This document shows positions 31,405 through 43,630 of a DNA stretch of 64,000 nucleotides, piece after piece. The notes beneath the pieces are model-generated. The model was not told the origin of the DNA, did not search any database, and saw only the letters and a list, made by a program, of their open reading frames with translations. Every line of letters starts with the position of its first letter. The stretch's first letter is position 1. Origin of the DNA: Cercozoa sp. M6MM (taxonomy: Eukaryota; Protista; Endomyxa: Ascetosporea); NCBI GenBank assembly GCA_040357565.1, contig JBDODJ010000003.1, one strand, 5' to 3'. The translations under genes and the position numbers were made by a program.

Positions 31405-32172
31405 ATGAGTGCAGAGACAAAGGAAAGTGTGGCACCAGAGCAGCACAAGCTGTCTGAAGGCTTGTTTGAACTGCTGGCCCCTCCAGTGGGTACTGTGATG
31501 TTTGTTTTGATCCTTGGCGTGTCGTTTGTTATTCCGCCCGTTGTACTTGCAGCCGAATGTGATGCCTTGCTTCGTGCCACGGTCGACAGACAGGCCGACA
31601 TTGCGAAAGAGTTGAGCTTGGTGAGTTGGATGCCCCCCCCCCCCCCCCACCATCGCCGTTTTATTTGAGTTGAGGTGCAGATAGCTGCGACGCTGGACGA
31701 AACCGACAGTTTGTGCGACAGTCTGGTTGATCTGGGACCGTTCTTGGCGCGAATCGAAGCCCTTGGGCCACGTGCCCAGGCGCTGCATCAGCGAGTCCAG
31801 GTGGTCGAGAGCCGCCTGCAACGTATTCACAAGGTGCCAGTGTTTGTCCACGAGAATGACTGATCTGATGAATTCGTTATGCCACAGATGGCGCTCAAGA
31901 AGCGTCCCAAGTTGGCACGTCTCGCTGAGTCAGCTGGCAGGCCAGGTGCCGAGCAGGAGATCTTTGATGTGCTGGAACGACCGATCGAGAGTGAAGAAGA
32001 TGAGGAGGCGTCAGCGCAGGCCAGCATCGATGAGAGTGTTGTCGATGAGAGTGCGTCTGCAAGTGACAGCAAGAGCCAACATGATTCGGAACCGCCAGCT
32101 GAAACTACGAACGCAGCTGTTGAGACGCCGACCTCTGCTGAAACTACCCGGCCCGGGCATGGTGACAACTGA
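31405..32172 (+). CDS. SNAPIN: SNAPIN (BLOC-1/BORC subunit) with an acidic tail
   Basis: LSEGLFELLAPPV-AECDALLRATVDRQADIAKEL...VDLGPFLARIEAL...VESRLQRI resembles the Snapin pattern LAEGL.L.P.V...DLDPYVKKL. Confidence 0.75.
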
Positions 32173-32471
32173 ACTGAATGAACAGAACTTGGAACGAAGT
32201 TCAACGGTAGTTTTGACTCCCGTCCAGCCGACGCGAGCGGAGTCGGAATCAGTTTGTAACGTAAATATGAAAGTGGTACAACTTGAAGACTACAGTGACG
32301 TTCGCATTGCCGCGGGGTGCGAAAGGGAAGGAAGGCGAAGGGCTCGAGACAGGTGACATGGGCGGGCAGAAGACTTTTGGGTGCGGTTTCAGTTGTGTGT
32401 GACAGTGGGATGCGCATTGTATTCGTGTGTGTTCTCGCTGAGGCTTTGACATAGCCTGAGTGCCAATTCAC

Positions 32472-33147
32472 TCATTCAGTGAGCTCAGGCTGTTCCTCTG
32501 ACTCAGTGTCGTCAGTGTTGCCCGCGTTTTCCTCAGACTCCACTTGTTGTCGTTCAACCTCGTTGCTCCGATCGAGCGTTGGCTCGGACTCCTTTTCTGC
32601 ACAACATACCACAAGATAAACCACAAGCAAACAGAAGGCAGTCAAAAGGCATCAGAGCCGGGCAGTGTGACTAATGAGAGTACCACTTTGCGCCGGGGTG
32701 GTCGGAGGCGACGGTGCTGGCGATGAGCGGCGGAACTTTCGGCGCATCCGCGCGAGGAAGCCACCTTCCTTCTCTGCAAACTCGTTCTTGTTCTCCTCGC
32801 TCCAAACTAAAGAATTTCAGGTGCATCACAACGATGCAGCACAAGCGAGATTGGTTTGCACTTGTACTGTACCAGTGTACTCTGGCGAACGCATGAACTT
32901 GGGCACAGAGTCCGTACTCAACATGATGCACACCTCTCGCTTCAGCGAACGGAACGCCAGCGGCTGAAACTGCGCGGTCCGCCGTACTGCCGTTTGAATG
33001 AATAGAAATAATATATATATATATATATCATGAGTACCTCGACGCTTGATCTTAGCAGTGGCCTCAGCAGATAGGTTCAGCGGTTCTTCCGCCTCTTCAC
33101 CCAAAAAGTACCTAAACAACAACAGTGTCTCCAAGAGAAGGCACCAA

Positions 33148-33228
<81 letters not shown>

Positions 33229-33668
33229 AAGAGAAAGAGAGAGAGAGAGAAACGAACTCGAAAATGTTGCGCAGTTTGAGGCCTGTCTTGCGTCCGTCGT
33301 GCACTCGCTGGCAGAACTGCTCGTAGTCCAGCACCGCGAACAAAAAGTGCAAGTTCTCAGCGCTACCCAAAAAGCACATTACACGATGTTAGAATAAACA
33401 CACACAAATGCAACCCAAGATACCAGTGGTGTCGCTCCAAGAAGCATGCGAAGCAGTGAAGCAGAGCTTTGTTCTACTTGAATCCGACATCATAAGTACG
33501 CGAAACAAGACAGCATGTACGACGAAAACACTGTACCTCAAAGATGTGGTCAATATCGAGAGGCTCGTCGTCCTTCACCGGTGTGGTTGGCGACATCAGA
33601 CCAGCGTTCTCTTTGTCGACGACATCAGCGTTCACCTGAATCGGGGGTACCGCGACCTTCGACGGCAT
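32472..33668 (-). CDS. RGS (regulator of G-protein signalling) domain protein
   Basis: FACFLERHH-SAENLHFLFAVLDYE, RYFLGEEAEEPLNLS, AFRSLKREVCIMLSTDSVPKFMRSPEY. Confidence 0.9.
33151..33250. repeat. (GA)n microsatellite in an RGS intron
   Basis: Directly visible GA/GAAA run. Confidence 0.97.
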
Positions 33669-34100
33669 GTTCGCTTGCGTGTTTGTTGCCGAGTGATACC
33701 TCAAGAATAATCGGCTGAAAACAACACAAAAGCTAAAGGGTGCAAGTCGCGCTTTCACGTACGTCAAAAAAAGAAACACATTTTGGCCCAGGATGGAATG
33801 AAGTGACTTACACTGTGCTGTCTCCGTAGCGAACTCTGCGCTAGCCTCAAACGCAAGGCACTAGAACAGAAAATCAATGATTCGCTTTAAACGCTTCTTG
33901 CTGAAGAAGACTGATCGCAACAAGAAACGGGAGAACGCCACTCACGAAGCTGGAAGCCCAGGGATCATCATCGGTCCTATCGGCTCGAGTGTCGGTTACC
34001 GGCTCAATTTTTGGAGCACTACGAAATACTGACCATCTACCCTCTTGAAAGTGTGTTCCACGGTGTCTTATTACCTCGCAGGACGCTTTAAGGCGCCAGT

Positions 34101-34767
34101 ATGGCGGATCAGCGCGACAAATCGGAGAGGATCCGACAACAGCAGAAGCAGGCGACTTTCGTTCTCGACAATGAGGTACCACCGTGCCAGAACATGAACT
34201 TGCGAGTCTTCTGATATTCAACGGTTTGGCCATTTGCGCAGATTCGACAAGACGCACTGAACACTCGCCTGGCAGCGTTTGAAAGCGACGACTTTGCCGA
34301 ACGTGACGATGTAGGTGAGGATGCGTACGTCGCCGAAGATGATGAGCAGCAGACGGCGAGCATTGCCGATACCGGTACCGAATTCAGTTTTGGCTTTAGT
34401 AACTTCATTTTCCTCTCACAAGCAGTGTTTCTATGTTTAGGAAAGAGGAAAAAACCTTCAAGGGAGACGGTCGTGCTACCGAAACTTAAGGGGTTTGGGC
34501 AGCTCCTGGAGGAAGCTGATCTTCAACTTGAAGCTGCATGGAGAGGTACGCCACGTTTGCAAAAATCAGGACAGAGTTTTTAAAACGGGTAGTCTCTGTG
34601 TAGCCACCTACCTCACCAGCGATGCCAGTGAGACGAGGTATCCTGCGCGTAAGCTGTGCGCCGTGTGTCAACTTTCTGCCGCTCACACGTGCCTCACGTG
34701 CGGTCGACCACTGTGCTCTCTGCGATGCCGCTCCTTACATAACGCCGGCCAGTGTCTTCGTTTTTAA
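34101..34767 (+). CDS. ZNHIT1: HIT zinc-finger SWR1/SRCAP subunit (Vps71/Swc6)
   Basis: RLAAFESDDF, FGQLLEE, TYLTSDASETRYPARKLCAVCQLSAAHTCLTCGRPLCSLRCRSLHNAGQCLRF*. Three introns, all starting GTAC. Confidence 0.88.
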
Positions 34768-35204
34768 CTATGTTCCTACTCGTACTAACGCGGGTACTGT
34801 AGGTACCCGCCCACGCACGCCACTTTTATTTCGCCCGGTCCGTTTCATCACTGTTCACTCGCAGTTTCAGCCGAGCTCATTTTTCACAAAAGGGTGATAC
34901 AATACTAGTACTGCCAGTGCGCGCGCTGTAGTTATGCGAACTTATACAGCGAGCAGCTACTACGGTTTCCGCATTTGGTGCGTTTCTTGGGAATCGGTTC
35001 AGTTCGGTAAATCGTGCATTTTAGAGCAATTCCTCGCGTTTTAAAGGAGTTAAATGCGGCGATTGACAACGATACAGCGTCATGTCTGCAACTCCTCCAG
35101 AAGCAACGTCGGAAACCTCTTTTGGCTCGTATCTTCTTGTCCATTCAACAGGATGCACTCGATTTAATAGTTGAGGACCATGCAGTGCCTTTCCGATCAG
35201 GGTA

Positions 35205-38200
35205 ATGACCTCACTCGACGCAGTCACACACAAAATTGAGGGATTAAGACAAAACCTTGAGAGGAAGGCGCGCAAACCGCGGTTCGATGACGTTATGCGG
35301 ACGACCTTGTGCGGCGGGGTCGAGATCGGCGAAGCTCCGAGCAGCATCAACGGGTTTGAAGACAGTGCGCTAGAGATGAGTAACGTTGCGGCACTCGAAA
35401 CGTTTCGCACACCAAGCGTAAGCAATAACAACGCGTCAACCCAGAAATACCATGATCTGGTGAGTCAATGTTTCAAAACCCCACCGAGGCAGTTTTTTCT
35501 CACTTTTTGTTTTTGCTGATTTTTGCATTTTCCGGCACGAATGTATTTGGCGGTACTGTGCCGCTCTGGCAGTAAGTACGCTGTGGGACGCCTCGCGGAG
35601 TCTAATTGCTATCCAGCATGGACTTCGAAAGGCGAGCTGCAGGCAGTAGCAGCCAAAACCTGGATGACCTTGTAAAACTGACCGACTGAAAGAACACTGA
35701 CAATTTTTGCTTTGCTTTGCTTTTATTTTGCCCAGCTTTTGCTTTGCTTTGCTTTCGTCTGCAACTGGGGACCTGAAATTGAAATGTAGATTGCAAACAC
35801 CGAGAAGCTGCTCTCGACGTTAGGAGCAACTCGGCACCCTGCGGACACGTCGGTGGCATCTCGGTGGAAAGACGACAGAACTGGCACAAATTTCGATGCT
35901 GGCGAAGCCACCAAAGCTCAGTTTGTGAATGCCGACGACCTCGGTCGTTCCTCGCATGCTAAACTTACTTGTCCGCGGAGTGAGTTCTACAGCGAGGACC
36001 ACACTCTCAAATCGGAACTGCCGTCTTCACTGCGAGTCTCAAAAGAAACGCTTCTGCACATCTCCAACATGACGATGGCGCACGGCTTCGGCGAAATCGT
36101 GTGCGACGACTCGACGCAACTCGGCGTGCGCTTGGTTTCGGTTCTGCAGCGACTTTTTGAGGAGCGACGGTTTCACCAACAAGAGGGTACAGTACATAGG
36201 TTTACTATGGGAAAATGTATCATTTGAGAAGCATGAGGCTTGTTGCCCGCAGTCGACAACATGGCCGAGGAACAGAGACGCATACAAATCGATCTCGATT
36301 CTAGTTTGAAACTACAGGCCAAACTAAAGAAGAAAGTGAAAACAGTAGAAGCCAAACTCGTTGAGACACAACAGAAGAAGAGTGCTGCCGCCGAAAGTTC
36401 GTCAGGCCTGCTTGCAAAACACAAGAGCGAAACCAAGCAGTTGCAGCGGCAGATTGGACAACACAAACGCGTGATTGCACAGCTCCGACATTCGCTTCAG
36501 AGCAAAGAGAAACAAAGCGACCAGTTGCACGCCAAGTTGAAACAGGTCGTAGACAAGGTCTCTGAGCACAGAGGAAGCGCTGAGGAAGTATTCCGCCAGT
36601 TGCACGGTCGAAAGGCACGCAAGACCAGTTCGGAGGATGGCAAGATCATGCAACTCCTCATGGCGTTTGAAGCAGAACGTAATGCACTTTTACACCGATA
36701 TGTTAATACGGTTGACATTGTTGAAACTGCAGGCCGAGGCATGACTGCGGAGATTGAGCAACTGCGCAAACAGGTCGACCTTGCCAACAGCAAGGAAAGA
36801 CAGGTGCTCAATGTTGAACAAGGGGTGGAGTCGAGTCAGTCGACGACACTCGAAGCTTCCGGTGGTGCCCACATAGACAGCATGTTTCCCTTTGCCTGGC
36901 GAGACATCAAATCGGAAGAGGAACGACACCAGAAGGAAGTCGCTGCCTCCAAGAAACTCCAGCAGCAACTGGTGCAACAACTGCGTCGCAGCGAGAAGGA
37001 ACTCGCCAAGGAACGCGTCAAGTCGGAAAAACTCGAGAAACAGGTCATTGACAAGAGTGCCGAACTCAAGTCACTCCCGGTACTGTGAATTTACTTTTGA
37101 TACGTTCAACCTATTCAACTATTCCAATCTCTCCGTAGAGCAAGAAGGAGTGGAGTGACACGTTACGAGAGGTGCTAACGCTGAAGCAACGCGTTCGCGA
37201 GGCCGAGGAACTGTCGCAGCTGCGTCGCATCATGGATACCAAGTCGCTCGTGCAGCGAGATCGCGAGATTCACCGACTCGGGCTCGAGAGCATTGCGAAA
37301 CTGCCAAAGACACTGCTGATCGAGTCGGTGCAAGACGCCTGTCGCTCGCTACAAGTGAGCGACATTTCGCTACTGATGCCGACGCTGCGTAAGGTGTGCG
37401 CACTCGTGGAAAGCACAGCTGCCATGGAGCAGTTCGTGGTCGAAGTGTGCGCCGTGTGCAGCAACAGTTCCGTGCTGCCACTGGAACGAGGCGACATGAA
37501 CCAGATGATCAACAGCGTCGTTCCGACCCTGCGTGCCTGGGCCGACAAACTCGCGCAGAACGAAAACGCAACTGACACGTGGAGCCAACTGTGTGACCTG
37601 CTGCGAGAACACTCGCGCAACTCAGATACAGTCTTCACCAACAGTCCGAGCTGCGTGCTTTCGCGAGTGGAAACTCTCCTGCACAACGAGACCGAACTCG
37701 AACAGACGAAGGCCGACTTGCAGAAGAGCACCGCACTCCGCAAGAGTGCAAAACAGCACCAGAAGCACAGTGCAGAAAGCACAAGTGACTACAACGAAGA
37801 AGGACTGACTGCCCATGCCGCGTTGGAACACATTGCCGAGTTGTTCGACATCGATCTGTCTCGCTCTGGTCTGCTCGGTGTGGTCGCCTCAAGCAACGAC
37901 TTGTTCCGCCGCGTCTCCGAGGCCAGCAACATGCTTTCGTCGCTGCGTTCGGTGCTGAAACTGGACAACTCGGCCTCGCCGAATCGCGTCGTCAGCATGG
38001 TCGAAAAACTCGTGCGCGGCGAAGCGAGCGATGAAATTTCGCGTCGCGAGATTCGAATACTCAAGAGTCGTTTCGAACAAATCGCCGATATTGTCGGAGA
38101 TGACTCTGGCGACCATGAGTCGTCAGTTTCACTTTCCTTCCAATCCTTTCGGTCCATTCGACTAACTAATTCTTCCTTTGTTTCTTTGAGACAGAGTGGT

Positions 38201-39066
38201 CCAGTCAACACGACGATGCGTGGACACGGCCAATGTGCTCGAAGACGTGGTGGAGAAACTGGACAACTGGGCCAGCGAGATGAAGCGCATACTGCACGTT
38301 GATGACGTCGCCGATATCGCGCCTGCAGTACGCGCGCTGCAGCGACGCATCAGCTGTCTGCAGCAGTCGAAACTGCCCGAGCACTTCAGTCACATTGATT
38401 CGGAACTCGAAGCTCCGCGACGACTGCCGCCTCGAGAAGCTTCCATGAGTTCCATCGCGAGTTCTGCCTTGTCTCCGGCCTCCTCAGTGTCGCGCAGTTT
38501 AGATCTGACGCATTCCAAACGCGCAAGCGCTCTAAGCCAGATCAGCGAGCACTCGTCGCCATGCACGTCGCCTTCTGACTCGAAGTCGAAGCTGTCGCAG
38601 TCGAGAAGTTTGAACTTGAGTGTGAATGCCGAAAGCAACACGTCTTCAGTCGCGTCGTCTCCGAAAACTCGCACTGATTCGAAGCAAGCGTCGTCCAATA
38701 GCAACAACGACAGCACACACAACAGTGCACAGACCAGTGCTTTCAACTCGACGAGCGAGAGCAGTTCCTCGCTGCGCCTGAGTCTGCGCAACGCTTCCGT
38801 GTCGCAACTGATGAACACGAGTCTCGTCAGTGCCGCCTCGCTGTCTCGACCCACCACGGGAACTGCCACACCGTCCGAACTTCGCAGCGGACGCGTCTCT
38901 GTGGCTGAAGCTCTTTTGTCGCACGAGCGACCCACCAGCTACGACGCTGTGAGTGCCAGTGTCAGTGCCAAAGGTCGAAGAAAGTCTACCGGCAGATACG
39001 ATTCTGAGTCGGCGTTCGGCTTGACTAAATCTGACAACTTTCTTCTGTTTCGCTCTGAAAGGTGAT
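35205..39066 (+). CDS. Long coiled-coil protein, CEP70-like, with a Ser-rich tail (5' exons uncertain)
   Basis: ISNMTMAHGFGEI, extended heptad regions, VQRDREIHRLGL...VQDACRSLQVSDISLLMPTLRKV. The CEP70 resemblance is from memory. Confidence 0.6.
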
Positions 39067-39280
39067 TGATGTACACTTTTGTATACGTCCACGATCGTGA
39101 TACGATGCGATAGCGTAGCTGCGGTATAGACAGCGTAACGTGTCAACAGTACACTGTTCTTTCTCTTGGCAGCCGCCGTCGCTACATCGTTCAGTTCTCC
39201 CCAGCGCAACGATAACCGTGCGGTGGCTCAAGAAACGTTTAACTCGCGATCGTTTAGTGTACTTATATGGATCGAATGTT

Positions 39281-40494
39281 TTACTCTGGCGTGGAAGCTC
39301 GCCTCCTCCCCTGTTGAATAGCCTCGTTGGCGATCTGATCGGCTCGTTCGTTCCACTCGATTCCTGCGCGTAAAAAACGAACGGGCATTATTGTTTCTAG
39401 CTTCAATTGTTGGCACTCTCAGCAAAGAGGGGATACCACAGTGCGCGGCAACCCAGTACAAGCGACAGCGGGAGCCAAATCGTTTGAGCATCTGCTTAAT
39501 CGACTTGATCAATGCGGCGTTCGTTTTGGCTTTAAAGTTGCGCTGCAGCATGTTGATCACGTAGGTCGAGTCGGTGAAGATGTGCAGACGCACGCTTTCA
39601 TTCTCTTGAAGCACTATCTCTAGTCGCTCCAGTCTACGAGAAACAACGCTCGATGATATTGCATCTAACTCAGAATAAACGGAGAGGTGTACACAAGTCG
39701 AACAGCGTGAAGTTCGGCAGTGCTATTGGTGCCACGTGGTTGAAAAAAACGCAGCGTGTCCTCGTCGTGGCCGTTAAAGTACTGCTCGCGCAGCTGACTC
39801 GGAATGCGCACATATGCACCACTGCCGGCTGGTCCAGGATTCCGTTTGCACGCACCTGCATCAAACAAGTACTAGTACTCCAACCATAAGCACTGACTCA
39901 TGTATCCTAATACCATCGGTGAAAGCAATAAAGTCGGTCTCGGGAACGGCGTCTAACTCGGCACGCACCTTGTCTTTCGCATCCAACACCTGACTGTGCG
40001 AACGATTGTTTGCCGATCCAAACGAGTTTGTCTGCAGAAGCAATGCCAGAACGCACTACCATAAACAGGCACACACACAAACTGGCACACCTGCTTGCGC
40101 GAAGTCGCCAATGCGCTACGCTTCCTGACGGTCAGTTTCGATGACTTCTTCACGGCCAGTTTCGTCGGTTCCATCAGTGACTTTCCCTGACAAGTTCAAA
40201 TCAATACGTGCACTGACAAAAGGCAGGGTGCTGCGACGCACCTGCACGAAAGCATTGGCTTCGGCAAGCGTGCGGAACGACTTGAACTTGGCACCCGAAA
40301 ACCCCTGCACATACGTAAATATCCATCACTTAAATAACATGCGCTAGCCTCACCGACACGTGCGATTGACACTCCGCCCAGGTCCTAAAGACGCTACGAA
40401 CAAAACACGAGCTACCCGCTAAAACAAAACACTTGGAGAAATTCGTGTACCCCTTTTTGCGGCCGACCCTTATGGCGTAATATTTAGCAGGCAT
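39281..40494 (-). CDS. RNASEH1: Ribonuclease H1 (hybrid-binding domain + RNase H)
   Basis: KYYAIRVGRKKGVFRTWAECQSHVSGFSGAKFKSF; catalytic motifs FTDGACKRNPGPAG, TNSTAEL, FTDSTYV, WVAAHCGIEWNERAD. Confidence 0.95.
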
Positions 40495-40632
40495 GTAAGA
40501 ACTGAATCCGTTAAAGTAGCCTGTTACTCAGTTTATACGCGTTTTACAATATATGTTTTATTATACGCTGTGCACAGTTTTCGAGATTTAGTCACATCTT
40601 TAGGAACCTTTTAGAGAAGCAGACATGCACCA

Positions 40633-42469
40633 ATGTTAATCAAATTGCGAAATATACTACAGAGGCTTGGGCTTCCCTTTAGTTCATCATGTGACGAGAT
40701 CTGCGCCGTTCTTCTGCGCAGTACCGAAACAAGCGCGACACGAGAACTTTGCGAACGCGCACGAGGTCTGACGGTGGAACAGTGGACCGCTCCACTCGGT
40801 GCGGATGCTGTTGGATTCTATAATGGTTGCACTTGGGTGTGTATTTGGTTGTGTCTAGACCTCTGGCTGACGTGTCCAAAGACACACAAACATACCGTCT
40901 TTCGTTCCACTATCGTACAGCTGTATTGTTGTCAAACATGGGTGTTAATTTTTGAATTTGCTCAGTTGGGACTGGCTGCTGTTCATGCGCACACCGATAA
41001 CGTACTTTATCCCAGCAGTATATACAAGTCGTGTAAACAGAAGCTATGGACGCGTTGTACGAGTAGGGCAATGCACTGTTTGCCTTGTTGCGAGTTGCTC
41101 CAGAGACTGTAGTTACTGCAAGTACTCTGGCATTATATATTAATAAGGTATGCCTCGTAGCTATCTCGTGTGTTTCCTTAGCGGATGGCCGGGAGCGAAC
41201 CGTGTTGCACATGGCCACACTGTCGCGCAATACCGACGTCACTCGGCGACTTTTGCAGTTGCAGCCTTCGTTGCTCGAAAGCAGGGACTGCATGAGACAG
41301 ACACCGTTGCATCATGCGATTCTGCTGGGACTGGAGTATCCTACTATTTCTGATGTGTGTTCTTGACAGTAATATAGTTGTATTCTAATAACGACTCTTG
41401 AGTGCAGTGACATGGTGCGAGTAATGTTGAATGCGACACGCCAGATGCCTCTCGAATGGCGACGTTGCCTGGTGCAAAGAATCCAATCGCACGGCTGTCT
41501 CTCTGTCCTGTCGTTTGCCTTCCATGTCGTATGACTCTTGCCTGCCCTGCTCGTGTGGGCGTCTTCTATATGTACTATAAGCGTAGTCTGGAGAACGCAC
41601 ATACACCTTGCTACTCGACTACGTGTATTGTTTCACATGCAGTCCATATCTGGTTTGTATTTGTTTACACCTGTATGAATCAGCGAACTGGAGCAAGTGC
41701 AACCTGCCGAATTGCGATCGTTCCATGCTGTGGTGATTCCTATTATTTGTAGAAGAAGCCCACCCTACTGCATGTTGAGTGTTGTGCAGAAGTACGTGCA
41801 GAAAGTGTTCTTTGACTTGGGTTCGATCGAGGCAGCACAGGTATTGTGCAGTTACATAGATGTGCATGTGCTCGCAACGTTTATTCAACGTAGTTCCTGC
41901 GAGAACACGCGCCGGACCGATTGCGAATGTTGTTGGTGCAGCATCTGAACTCAGCCGACTTACCTCCGTAACTTGATTACGGAACAATGCCAGTCCATGA
42001 TAGTGTGCTTGTGTTAGACGAACACTGATGACGAAGGAAGCGCCCTTCATTGACACTGTTCTTGGTGCCTGCCTTAGCAACCTCGATGTACGACTCCTTT
42101 TGGTTTCAGATTGGAGTTTTTACTTAACTTTTATTTGTTGAGTGCAGGACAAGGAGAATGGGATCTTGTTAAAATCTCTGTTTAAATTGTTTTGCGAGTT
42201 CACGAGCGGCACCTACGACATGGGTGAAATACCACCGTGAGGTTTATGGGAGTAGAATCTTGATATTTGTTTTTGTGTAGAGTTGCTTCCGCTCCTTGTC
42301 GAAGCGATGGTTAACTTGTCGCCGCTAATGTCCACTTCAGCGTACAGCACTCAATGATAATGACAGTTGAATTCTAAACAGGGTTCATATTATGCTTGCA
42401 GCTTGCACAAAGCACTGCGAAGAACGCCGTTTTCTGCACGAGTCGAACTGGCCAGTGTACTTAGTATTT

Positions 42470-42567
<98 letters not shown>

Positions 42568-43490
42568 CAGGACAACCGAACTTGCGTCATGTATCGCCTG
42601 CTGACGATCGCTTGCCAAGTAGTTCGCAGTCGATCCATGTATCGAAACTTTTCTTCAATGCAACTGATCTTTGGCGTAATGTGTTGTCGTTGTGCACAGA
42701 CGACCCAAAGCGGCCAGCTCGGACCGTTGGCAGCACGGCCTTTACCCTGCTCTCATGTGCATTGAGGTAGTGTAAATTTATAATGGACTCGCAGCGTTTG
42801 TTTCTTGTAATTTTATTATTTTATTTTGAATGCAGTACATGCTGCAACTACCCTTCCCGTGGACACACGAGTGTATGAAGCAGACGGTGCAGCAGATGTT
42901 TGATGCACTCGCCTGCTGCAAGGATAGAAGCGAGTTAACACGCCGTGTGGCTGTCAAAGTAACTCCTGTGCACAAGCATACATACTCTTGTTTAATTAAT
43001 GTCCGGTGTGTTTCGCAGGTGGCAACGTCGTGCTGGCTCGTTCCGGAGCACTCCGAACCCCACGTACCGTCTCTGTACAGCCTACACCTCCTGATTTATT
43101 TGTATCGATGTGTGTTTCCTTTACAGTCGATAGGACAAGACGCCTTCCGTGCACTGTGCAACGTTGCGACGGATGCGCACTACTTGCTGGTGACAGGAAA
43201 CTTGCCGAATCAAGGGTATGTATTCTTTCATAAATTCTCTGACTTTTCAGCTTCTAATTCTGCCTCTGCAACACAGCGAGGGCTCGGTCCTTGTGCCCGA
43301 TGTTGCACGCCTCGTGTTGGAATTCTGTCTCTCCTCGGCCGTGCTACGACACGCGGACCTCAGCGCCGCTTTCACCGAAAGTTAGCAGCCAAATGTTACT
43401 CCGCATCCCGTCCCACTAGACTCGCGGACTTGCTGGCACCGTGATAGGATTCCCAATCGCGACATCGACTCCCTCATTGATATGGTTGAG
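40633..43490 (+). CDS. Ankyrin-repeat-containing protein (many exons; ends approximate)
   Basis: [44 protein letters not shown] is an ankyrin pattern. The remaining exons were not recognised. Confidence 0.6.
42471..42566. repeat. (CA)n microsatellite, intronic. Similar tracts at about 11195-11255, 12040-12122, 25753-25800, 30247-30337, 50771-50874, 53433-53502, 57175-57396, 59289-59427
   Basis: Directly visible. Confidence 0.97.
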
Positions 43491-43630
43491 AAACGAAACT
43501 GAAAGACAGGGCACTCAGCATTTGGGTCGGGTGTCGACGTAAGGGGAGGATTCCCGTTCGGTTCAGTTTAAATCCAGTCCGACTGGAACCGGAAGACACG
43601 ATGCCGTACGCAGATCGGATGAGAGGACAA

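Noticed and set aside
34788-34810. 16/17-nt match to 2108-2124, and an 8-bp hairpin gcgggtac/gtacccgc
   Set aside because: Roughly a dozen such near-matches are expected by chance in 64 kb, and there is no extended homology.
39281-40494. RNase H as part of a retrotransposon
   Set aside because: It has the cellular hybrid-binding domain and multiple introns, with no adjacent RT, integrase or LTR.
42367-42770. THTHTH/VCVCVC ORFs and long antisense ORFs (e.g. 11671-12909, 62439-63323)
   Set aside because: These are translations of microsatellites or shadows of GC3-rich genes on the opposite strand.
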